The notes under the pieces were generated by a model that did not search any database, was not told the DNA's origin, and worked only from the letters and a program-made list of their open reading frames with translations. A DNA stretch of 64,000 nucleotides from Eutreptiella sp. 'Long Island Sound 2002'. Its lineage: Eukaryota > Protista > Euglenida. The stretch spans positions 7,998,001 through 8,062,000 of the forward strand of contig OZ038379.1 of NCBI GenBank assembly GCA_964036045.1, read 5' to 3'. Positions 23,297-34,600 of the stretch are shown here, one piece after another (position 1 is the stretch's first letter; every line of letters starts with the position of its first letter). Both the position numbers and the translations under genes were made by a program.

Positions 23297-23700
23297 CATG
23301 TGAAGCCTGGTGGCCGAGCTTGCTGGTGTCTGCGCCGCTTGGCTGATGGTGTGCCCCCTGCCCCCGGGGTATGCGCTGCCGTTCGACGTGCCCCACCACG
23401 CGGACCCTGCAAGGCCGCGGACGGCCGGGGATGCCCGGCGTGCCCCCTGGCACAGCAGTGCCGCACTCCCCTGCCCACCGCCGCACATGACGCACATTGA
23501 CTATGTTGGTGTGCCGCGCAGATCCCGAGGCGTGGGAGCCGAGGTTGTTGCTCAGGGCGTCTTGCTACCGTGCACTTCGGCGGCGGGGTAAACATCGCCG
23601 CCCCACCGCTCCGTACTGCCTCCGCTGTGGCATCCTCCGCGTCTGCTACTCGGTATTGCGGGCCTCTCCTGGCTCCCGGTGGCATCACCGGGCCCATATA
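23297..23700 (+). mobile_element. Possible decayed non-LTR retrotransposon segment split by the TIR element (continues from about 10500-10628)
   Basis: The empty site reads through (PSLVGPFPCEAWWPSLL). Downstream, RLLLRASCYRALRRRGKHRRPTAPYCLRCG resembles a LINE ORF2 C-terminal CxxC region. Weak and stop-ridden. Confidence 0.3.
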
Positions 23701-25258
23701 GAAATCGCTTGCGTACGCCCCAGCTCATCGCTTCGCTCCTCCCTTGCGTGGGCACCTCTCTTTCCATGGCTGTGGCTCTCTTGACGCTGTCGGCTGTGCT
23801 CCCTGCGCCCGTCTTCGTTTGTGCTGCTGCCGTGTCACTCTCGCTTGATGCTGGCAGGTCCATCGGGCTGCGTTGTACTGCTGCAAGCGCCGCAGGTGGT
23901 GCTAGACTAGTGTGTGTGTGGGAGTGGGTTCACCCCTCCAATGTGCCCAACACAAAGTAGGGATCTTCCGCCAAGTCCTCAACGCTCCTGACTCAGTGAA
24001 GGTGGAGGTGACCTTTGGTCGACTTATCCTATTCAACACAGCCACCTCCAAGATTTGCTGGATTACAACCACTCAGCCACTCACCCAACCTGGGGTGGGT
24101 TTGGGGCACAGCCGGACGCTATACCCGAAGGGGGAGGGGGGGGGCACCCATCCACTTCATTTACCACTTACTGAAGCCTCCAGTGCTTGCAACCCCAGTC
24201 GGTGAAGCCTGCCACCTCAAAACCCCCTCACCCCTAATGGTGTTCTGAAAAGGGTGTGCTCTACCCGTCTGACCGAGTTCTAGCACCAATTGCATTTGTC
24301 TTCGCACAGGGCTTGTAGTTCTCATGCGCTTAGACTCTGCAACTTCCAATCCCTTTCAAAAATTCTGTGCCATCTTACAGATTCATTGCAAAATGCCTCA
24401 CAGCAATCTCTCATTGCAGAAAAAAAAATTGCACTGCCAAGATCCATGGTGCTAGCATTGGTGGAAACAACGCCGATGTGTTGTTTAGACGTGGGCGTTG
24501 TTGGCACAACAAGGGGGGTCATACAGACTGGTGGATTACAGTGCAGGACAACAGTATCCAGTGTGATACCTTTTTTGCATGACCTGCTTTTGTTCGTCAA
24601 GGCCACTTCTAAGGGAGTGTGGCAGTGGGGGAGTCGGCGCGTGTGTCAAAAATAATTCCTTCTGTCATGCTAGGCCTTGCTAACGAGTGGCCGATCATGA
24701 GTGTAGCCAACACACTGCCCATCATCATCAGCAGAAGCAGCCCAGTCAGCCTTGTGTGTATGCTTGTATCAGCACGTGCAATGTGGTTTTGTTGGAGAGA
24801 AATGAGGCCGTGAATTCCAGGGCACCCCCAGCCTCAAATTCAGGCCACCTTTGTTGCAAGAAAACATGTGAAAGGCTGCACGCACCCATGCACGCACACA
24901 CACACTTTTTTCGTATTTGGAGCCTTGGGAATGGTGTTGGTTGTGTTTTGTTGTGCAGTTCCTGTGTTAAACCATTGTTCTGAGAATCTTCTGTTGATGC
25001 GAATGTCCCAGGGGCCGCCCCCCTCCGCCCCACCAAAAACCAGCAAAGGGGCATCTAAGACTGCCTCATGAACCCTTGTCAAAGGGTTTCCCGTGGCTGG
25101 GAATCGAATTGGCCTTGCATTGTCGAGCAGCTGCCTGGAGGTATGGGCGCAGTGACGCTGCCCCGCATTGCTACCCTGACTGATGTAGGGCCAAGAATTC
25201 CCCATTCAACCTGACAGTCAAGTTCCCGCTCAACTTCCCGCTGGAAAATGAGGAGCTA

Positions 25259-25760
25259 GGGAGAATGGGGGAAATGGGGGGAAATGGGAAAAGGGAGGGG
25301 GGGGGGATGGGGGGAAATGGGGAAATGAGGGAAGATGCTGGTGGGGAAAACATGTGGTTCACTCAAAAGGCGTTGCAAACCTTTGCACACAGAGGAAAAA
25401 AGTTGTGTGGTCCATGTATGGAATCAAGGACATTGGTTCACAGACTTCAATGATTCAACACCTGAGCTACCACCGGAACCTGTCAAACCTGTGTAACAGA
25501 GGGTTCAAAGCTTGAACATGATATCCAGAAAAAAACCCCAACCTAGAGAATCCCCCCTCCCCCCCCCCCATTCCCCCCCATTCCCCCCAATTTCCCCCCA
25601 TTTTTCCTCAAGCACCTGACTCAGTACACCCCCCACCCCCACCACATCAGGTACCAATTTTTTTTGCTTCTCTCGCGGAGTTCTCCCCACTTTTCCACAA
25701 AACACCAACAATTAGTCCATTTCCCCCCGTTTTCCCCCATTTCCCCTGAATTTCCCAATA
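25259..25760. repeat. Inverted G-rich/C-rich degenerate satellite arms (GGGGAAAT...ATTTCCCC), fold-back-like
   Basis: G-arm at 25259-25331, C-arms at 25549-25607 and 25718-25760. Confidence 0.6.
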
Positions 25761-26428
25761 CAGCAAATAGTGTTCCCGCTAAGTTGTGGCAGCGGGAAAT
25801 TCTTGGCCCTGCTGATGTGCCCGTTGGCTTTAATGGCCCTGCGCGACACTGTGTCTTGCTGCCTATTGGGACATGGCGCCTCTGATGGACATTCGACGTC
25901 GTTCTACCAGGTGAGGCCTGACTGCTGCTGGCCCGATGCTTCGCAAACACGGCAGCGACACTGTTTGTCAGTCGTCAGGCACTGTCCCCAAGACAGATCC
26001 GGTTCGCCACTGCAAAGCCCCCCCCCCCCCCCAACGGTCTACTTTGGGCTTTCTGTGATACTGTGGGGACCCCAGGAGCAGGGGTCAGGGGTGCTTCAGA
26101 GTGGATGGGGGGAGTGGACATATTTGGCCCTCTTCCTTTGCAACCTTCGAGGAGGAACTCCCACCCACGCCTGGAACCTCTTCCCCCCCCCGCTCCCGCC
26201 CACTTCCCCCCCACAAAACCATCTCAATCAACAACGCACGATCAAACAAGGGACATGGCCCTGGCATGACACTGACTGTATCACATGGCACCCGACGTCA
26301 TGGGACCCCCGCCAGAGCAATCCAAGCCCCTGCCCCCCCCCCCCCCCAAAACACACACTGACGCCAGAACTGACCTCAACCAACAGAAGCAGGTCCCACA
26401 GAGGCCACGGCACTGGACACCGCTAACC

Positions 26429-26561
26429 ATCTACACCGACTACACGGTCAGCAACCACTTTTTATGGGATACCCCCACTCCCCTTAGTGCTGGCCCTGCC
26501 ACCGCCATGCCCTGTAACCTTCCAACACTGCCCCAACAAGTGAACCCCACCAACAAGATTG
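26429..26561 (+). repeat. Dispersed short repeat family (second copy 28930-29060)
   Basis: ATCTACACCGACTACACGGTCAGCAACCAC...GGGA.ACCCCCACTCCCCTTAGTGCTGG.CCTGCCACCGCCATGCCCTG...CCAACAAGATTG occurs at both loci; the second copy is in the last intron of the GST-like gene. Confidence 0.85.
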
Positions 26562-28683
26562 CTAGGTGCAGGGTTCCTTTTACTGGGGAGTGGCGGGGGC
26601 TGGGTCTAGGAGTGGTGGGTGGGTGGGTCCAGCCCCCCCCCCCCCCCCCCCCAAAAGTGGTGCTAAGTCTTTAGAGGTGCCGAAGGCGCCGAAGAAAATT
26701 TTTGGTCTAAAGTAATTGGCGCCAAAAAAATTTTTGATTGGCTAAAGGCCTGGAAGAAAATTTGCACCAATCTTTTGGGGGGGGGAGGGTGGTCCCCCCC
26801 CCCCCCCGCCCCAATGGTGCCACGTTCTAAAAAAGAGCCCTGACTACATGGCACCACAAGCCTTTCTGATAGGGCCTCCCAGGTCCAACGCCCCCTCCTT
26901 GGAGCTGTTGCAGCTGCCGCCTCCTTGTGCAGCCCCCAGGACCAGTCTCCGCCCCTCCCCCCCTGCCTGCCACCCCTTTGCACGGCAACGCCAAGACGGT
27001 CGGACAGTGCGGCATCGGGGCCCCTCGTTCCACGCGTTCTCACTTCGTGACCGGTCGGCGAAGCACATCTCCCTTCGGCACAAAGGCGGCAGAACAAGCG
27101 GTTGCTGAGTAACCCATGCGATCAATGATAGCGGCCGGTCCAGTCAAGCAGGCCCCTGCCGCAGCGGCAGAGGCATGACAATATATGAAAGATGAGTGGG
27201 CCACCAGCGGCCCGCTCATTCGGCCTCCCCACCCCCTACACACACAACCGAGTGACGCACCACACGCCAAGGCAGACATCAAAGCTGCCACGCCTTCCAT
27301 GTTGTTTGAGGGGATCCGGAGGGACTGTGCCCACAAAGCTCACGTTGCCGTGTTGGATACACCGGAACCCAAAGCCAACGCAGACCATCCGACCCAAACC
27401 GGGGCTTTGCAACGCTCATCGGCATAACAATCGGGAGGCTCTGTGACGGCCAACCGATGATGGTCATGCACGGGCTGAGCGGCTGGAACGCTGCAATTGT
27501 GTATGATGGCTGCATCATTCCTTTCGTGCTCAACCTGTCGTATTGAAGGTGTGCTGCACTGATGATGCATTCGGCGGCGGCGGGGGGGGGTTGCTGTTCG
27601 GGTCTATCCTACCGAATCTCTGTGTTCGGCCCAAAACAGTGCATATTTTGAACGCTAATGATTGTTTTTCGAGATACTTACCAGAGAACAGCCCCCCGCC
27701 CCCTTCCATGGCCTGAAAAAACACCGTTTGTACTCAACATTGAGCCCAAACTGGGGGGGTTCTGGTCCTAAAATGAGATATTTGGGGCCCGGTGTGCCAT
27801 CTCCACCTCTGCCCCCTGTTCGGCAGCGCCCCTTCGCACTGGAACACGTATTTTGGAGGACCGACCCTTGTAACACAGCGGACGGGTGGTGGGAGGTGAA
27901 ACCCGCAGCGGGTCAGGGCGCACGGACGCACTGATGTCGGGGGGGGACTGTTCGGCGGTGCAGCCATTTGTTCCACCGACATGGCGCCCCTAAGCGCCTC
28001 TTGTGCAGCACTGCGGCACAAACAGCGGCCGCCAGTATCGCGGCACCGCAGCCCAAATGGAGGGGGTTTGCGAACGGTGGGGGAGAGTGGCAGAGGGTTT
28101 GGGTTTTCTGGGTCGGTCGGCGGTGGAACCCTTGCGGTGTGTGACGACCTGTTTGCCGTTAATGCCCAAGCCCCTGCCCTGGCGCGTGCTTTGTGTGGCG
28201 GCGTTTGGGGCTTTCGGTTCAGCATCGGCTGGGGCCCTGTGTCATGCATGAATGCCTTGTGGCCTACAGGCGATTGTATTGACATGTGACGCTCGTGCAA
28301 TCGGTGCGACACGCAACGCGCATTCTCTGCCCAAAAACGCTGCTTGCAGATGAGCGTGAAAGCCTGTGAGTTCATTGTGAGAGCACATCCCATCGATTCG
28401 GGGGGTAGCAGTGACGAGGCCCCTTTTGTGGAGGTGTTTCTGTTGGGGCTTAATGACATCCCCTCGGAGCGGCCCGGTATCGACAACTGGGCAGCTGGGC
28501 AAGAGGGCTAAGTCCCGAGGACCTCCATCGGCCTCAGATGAGATGAGGAGATGAGGGCTTGCGGGGTCGTGAGAAGCGGCAGTACTTACCCGGGGGTTGC
28601 TACTCATAAGGCCGGTGGGAGACCCGGCAGCGGACAGCGGCATTGTTGTGGTTGCACGACCTGGCGGCCTCGTCGCCTTGAAC

Positions 28684-31600
28684 TTACTTGGCATAGACAT
28701 CGTAGAGATACTTGGCAATGGCTGTACTCTCGAACATTTTGACACCTGTGTTCGGGTCCTCCAGATAGGGCACCTGATGGACGCCAGTGGGTGGGTGGTG
28801 TTGGTAGTGTGAGATTGGTCACCACGTTGGGGGAAGTGCTGGAGGGAGGGGGAGAGGCAAGCGGCCAGGCAAGCCAGGAACCAGGGTCGTCAGGTCGGGA
28901 TGTGAGGAAGCATGGTGTTATGGAAGGAGATCTACACCGACTACACGGTCAGCAACCACCTTCTATGGGACACCCCCACTCCCCTTAGTGCTGGTCCTGC
29001 CACCGCCATGCCCTGCACCCCTCCAGTGCCCCCACAAGTGACCCCCCACCAACAAGATTGTACTACACGGTACCCCCCCAGCCTTTCTGACAGGGCCTCC
29101 CAGGCCCAACCCCCATGGTAGAGAGGTATCACCGTAACCCCCCTCCCCGACCACGTCTAAGAGCCTCTCAGGTGGTGGGGCAGGCAGGGGCACCTGGAAT
29201 GTGCCGGTGCGTTCAAAGACCTCATCCCGGTGCACACTGCCGCGGGGGCAGTAGTGCAGGATGTGCGGCAGCTCCAGCTCGCAGAGCGTCTCCCGGGCAA
29301 TGACGCTGAACGGCGAGGGCTCATACGCCCACAGCTCCAGCGGCTGCGCGGGCTGCCTCGCCGGGACGTACCGGGACCCGCCCCCGGCGCGTGCCAGCGA
29401 GGCTAGGAACAGCGACGTCGTGTTGAGGGGGTTGCTGCTGCACAGGAACGGCACCGCCGCCCCGCCCCCGTACCGCTCGAACAGGTACGCGACGATGTCC
29501 GCGCTCTCCCCGAGCTCCGTCCCGGTGTTCGGGTCGATCATGTGCGGGAACGTGTTCCAGCCCTTGCCCTTGGCCTCGGGCCGGTAAGTGGGCCCGCCTT
29601 TCGGGCATGGGAAGTACTGGACGTCGAGGTCGAGGACGCAGGCCGCCTCGCGGACCTGCGGAGGAAGGGAGGGGACACACAGTGGGCGCAGGGGTGGGGC
29701 TTGGGGGGGTTGGGGGGTGGGTGGACGGAGGACCGGATGTGGCTGCAGCAGCGTGCGGTTGAGTTGTGCACGGGCTTGCAGCAGGCGGCAACGGCCACGG
29801 CCCTGTTGGAGGACACCCTGAAGCGTGTCGACAAGGACCCCGCGCCTCCCCCATCGACTGCAGCGGAGTTGGACAAGCTCCTCAGGCGGTACAAGGTGGA
29901 GGACATTCTCCAACCGGGGAAGCGGCGTAAAATGGACCCGGAGGAGGAGGCCTTTATTCGGGACTTTGACCAATGATCATGATCCACATGCCGCTGTGGA
30001 AGGCGTGAGGTGAGGGAAACCTTTGATGCAATGCTAGGCACCTTTATGTAATGGTTGTGGTTGTGTGGCATAGTGAAGTGGAACATTTTCCCACTCGTTA
30101 TGGCCATCATTGGAGTGGATGCAAGAAGCATTACCCATTGCCACTGCGCGTGTCCATGGGCAGTGGTACCACACCCGGGGCGTCTCACCGGGGCAGGTTC
30201 CCGGGGCAGGGCGGCGCTCTGCACACCCCGGCCTTCCCTCCAACTGCCGAGGGCACTTCACCCTCGGCGTGAGCGTGGGGGCCCGGCCAACCGACAGCAC
30301 CACCTGCACCAACAGGCAGTCCAGGAGTGCACGTCCCGCTCCGTCGAGCGTCGTGCCTCAGCCATCCCCATGCCCACGTGGGGCAGCTTTGCAGCATGTT
30401 TCTGAGACCTGGAGAGCTGGCCTCCCCCGGTGGGCTCAGCCTCAGGCTTCCCTGCCTCCCCACAGGGTCTGGGGCACCAGGCACACACACAACCCCCTAC
30501 CCCCAACGGAGCAGCCAGGGGTGCCTGCATGTTCCTGCCCCCCCCTCCACACGTGCGGTACACACACAGGCACAGCGGTGTCTCCCTCCCACAAGTGCCA
30601 CCGCGGGGTTCGGGGGCTGGGCAAGAGGAAAATTGCTCCAGGGGCTGGGGGGGGGGGGGCAGGAGGCCCATTTTCCAACCCCCCCCCTCCTTGTCCGCGA
30701 GGGGGGGGTTCAGCGCTGGGGGTTGCCCTACCTGCCGTGCCGGGGAGGGGGGGGGGGTCGACCCCAACATCTATGGCTCCAAATGATCCCCACGTCGCGC
30801 TGATCACTTTGACTGCACATATGTGGGGGAAAATTTTTGGTGGAAAAACTTTTTTCGGGCTAAAATTTGTGTTCCGGCGCCTTTGGCGCCAACATCCATT
30901 ATTACACAAAGCAAAGGGCCCCGCACACAAGCCCATTTCTCCAACCCCGTGGCCCCCACCTTCGGCGGGCGCCCCCCCCCCCCCCGGAGCAAGGTTCAGC
31001 CTTGGCCGTGTCGTGTGAGGTCAGCAGGGTTCTCGGGTGTCTTCTTAACCTGTGCTGCTCGAATGATCGGGGTCTGAGGCGGCGTGAGAAATTGAGTGGC
31101 AGGCGGACGAGTTGGTCTAGTCGGGAACGCAATCACCAAACCAGCGACAAAACTCTGGAAGAGGGTTCGGCCTCGCTGCACCTTTCTTGTACAGGCCCGG
31201 GCACCACCATACCACACCATAGCCCCCCCCGGAGCAATTTTCAGGTCGCCTCGTCAGCAGTCCGACAGGCCTTGTGACGGGACCGCCGGGATCGCCCAGC
31301 CCAGTCGAGTCGTGCAGGTACGGGATCGCTGCCCAAGGGCTGATCGGCTTACGCCTTGACCCAACCTAACCCAGCCCCCCCTTTGTGTTGGAGTTGTGGA
31401 GCGAACCCGCGAAAGCGCTGGCCGTTGATGCCGAGCGGTGCAGCACATGGGCTGCTGCTCTGTGCGTCCAGGAGGGGGGCTGCATTGCTTTTCCTTGGGG
31501 CATGCTCTGGCATGGGGCTTGGGGCTGGCTGGTGGACGTTCTGGTGTGCCATTGCAGCCTTGTGCCAAAGAGGAGTGGGGGGGCATGTGGAAAGGGGGGG

Positions 31601-34600
31601 AGGGGGGGGCTGAACCATGAAGGCTAAGAAGTCCAGCCCGGTGAACCACCTGTTCGCAGCTTGCCTGTGGACAGGGGTTCAAATGAGGCTGAGGGAAGAA
31701 GGGGGCGAGGAAATGGCGGGGCACGAGGATCGGTCCCGCTGAACCAGTTCGAGGGTTGGGCCGTCGAAGGAGGGAAAGTGGCAACGCAACCCCTGCCTTC
31801 TCGGAGTCCCCGGGGCGGAGAAGTCTTTGTCGGGGGCATTTCGGCCCAACAAGATGCCCGGCACGCCAGCGTTCCCTCAGTGCCCCCCAACGGACAGCGC
31901 CCGCCAACTGAAAGTACTGAACGCCCGGCCGCAGTGGCGGATCGAAGAGGGCAGACCTTGCGGCAGAACGGACAGCCCTGGAACTCCCAGATCTGAATGG
32001 GCTGCTCTGGGCGCGTGGCCGGGAGCGTGGCCGACTTCTCCGCGACCCGGCGGCCGGCCGCGCGGAGGAGGCTGTAGCTCTTGCCGTCGTCGTCCTCAGC
32101 GATGGACGGGGACCAGCTGTTGACGAGCGCGCCGTTCCAGAAGCGGAACATGGCGGGCAGGGTCGCGAGGATCACCCGCAGTGTCTGGCCCTCGGGGATG
32201 GAGAACTTCTTGGGCTCTGGCGGTGTGAAACCCTCCGGCACCTGGAAATTGGGGTGGGGGTGTCAGCGACACATTGTCTGCGCATCACCGGGAGGGGTCC
32301 CTCGGTTTGACACGTGACCCTCCCCCCTCCCCTTCGCCTTGGTAACTGTGGGCCCAAGGGTCCTACATGGGGGTCCAAAAGGGGGGGCTCCGACTCCCTC
32401 AGCACTCATCATCACGTGCGGCCCCAGCCCGGCATTCCAAGGCATGACGAGTTCCCACGAGGGCGGTGCCGTTACTTCCGGGTGTGAAAAATGGAACTCG
32501 CGTTTGCCGCACACATAAATCACCCCCCGTACAACATACGCCCTCCGGGTCTGCACTCCTGTTGGGGGGCTGTTGAGGAGACGACCGTCGGCATGCCTTG
32601 TGCACAGATGGTGGGGGGATGCATTTTGGTGCGTGAGCATGTCCCTCTGCTCACAGGCGCTGCTGCTGTGTGCCCACTCCACTGCCGGCGCCCGCACTTC
32701 ACACCCTTCGCACTTCACATGAAGTCGGTCCCAAGACCGTGCAGACTCAGAGGGTGCTCTCCGTCGCATCTGATGTGCAAAACGGAACCCAAGGCCAGGG
32801 CGGGCCCAATCCCCCAGTGCTACGCATCGGTGGTGCGCACCACTTGGGGGCAGGGAGGAACATGGCTGAGACCCCCCACATCAGTGCAGTGGTGGTGTCT
32901 TTGCGTGTGGGGCGTCCTCGAGCGCCGCGCTGGAGCGGCTGGGCCGCCGCCGTCGCAGGCGTGCAGCCTTCGACGGGTGGGATGAGGATCGACTCACTTC
33001 ACGTGGGCAAATGGATCCCGTGACTGGGGCCCCTGTTTCTTTGCGTGGGGCCTATGTATGACCCTTCGGTGATGTTCAGTCAGTCACTCAGGAGCAGGTT
33101 CCCGGACGCTACATGAGCAGTGCCGCCCTCGCCACTCTCCGCGTAGAGAAGGTCCATTGCTGCGCACATCCTGCAGCCAAGAGGCTGCGGACAGTTCTGG
33201 AATCTGATGCATGGGATTGCGGCAAAGATGCCACGCCGAAGCAAATATCACCAAGCACGGGATCCACCCACTCCCACCCCTTGAAGCCCCCCCCCCCCCC
33301 CTGTGCACACCGGAGCACCAGCGCACGTCCAGTGCGAGTCACATGGAGGCAGGAGCTCCGGAAGCCAGCACAAAAGAGCCGTCGGACGTGCGCCGGCATC
33401 CTGAGCCCGGCCCACCGACGCCCGCAGTCCCGTTAGTTGGCGATAGTCGCGGCCTAACGCCCGTACCGCCGACTGAGTCGTGGACAACGGGTGGCTGAGC
33501 AGGTTGCAGACCGCGAGGGGGGGGGGCTGGCGCAGGGCACAACATCCGCTTCACCTGCCTATCGCGAAGGCAGCAGTGGTGGACATCTGGCCTCATGGAC
33601 CCAGAGAGGCCCCCTGAGCACACAACCGACGCCCTGCGCCCGACAGTTGTGCAATACGGTGCAAGGGTCGCGACCCAAACCCAAACCCAACCCCCCCCCC
33701 CCCCCTGTGGCGCACCAGCCACGCATCCCATGCTGTCGGGCCGCCCCCCTTACCACCCCCCCCCCACGGACACCAACAAAGAACAATGAGGAACAGCCGA
33801 CTTGGGCGCAAGTGGCGTCCGGAAATTTTTTTTGCCTCTGTGGACTGGGGCACAGAATTGCCCCCCATTGCCCCCCATTGCCCCCATTTCCCCCCTTATT
33901 CCCCTCGTTCGTGGTGAATGGTAAAAGGAGATTCTACCCCCCTCGAAGTTGTGTATATTCAAAATGCTCCGAATGAAACGGGGGATCCAAAAATACCCCC
34001 CAACACGGGGGGGTGACCACAACCGGTCCTGATGCGACCCACCCCCCAACTATCTTTCAAAACTCGGGGGGGGGGGGGGGGGGGCAGTTGGGGGCGGGGT
34101 CCAGCCAGGGGTCGGGGGGGGGGGGTTCCTGCCGGGGGTCGGGGGGGGCGTCTGGCCGGGGGTCATGGGGGTGTCCACCCAGGGGTGAGGGGGGGGGGGT
34201 TTAGGGTTAGGGTTAAGGTTAGGGTTAAGGTTAGCCCTAGGGTTGGGGTTAGGGTTAGGGTCACCGAGCTGGTGGAACCAGTCTTGGTTTTATAACCCTT
34301 TTTAGGGTCTAGGGTGGACCTACCAGGTTTAGCAGCAGCAGCAGCAGCAGCAGCAAGCAAGCAGCAGCAGCAAGCAAGCAAGCAGCACGCGCGAAAATGG
34401 GTAAAAATCAGTACTCCGTCGTGGTGCTTTGGATTTGGTTGAAATTTTGGTGCATGATACCTATGGGTGTGAAGTACAATCACACAAAGTTTGAGCGAGA
34501 AACTCAACGGTGGCGGCCGGGAACGGGATTTGCAAGTGGCGGACCTCACTTTCAAAAACTGCACTTTAGGGCCAAAAACAGCCATTTTTGGGCTTAAAAA

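Noticed and set aside
34201-34260. True chromosome end
   Set aside because: The array is short, degenerate and internal to an intron whose flanking exons join in frame.
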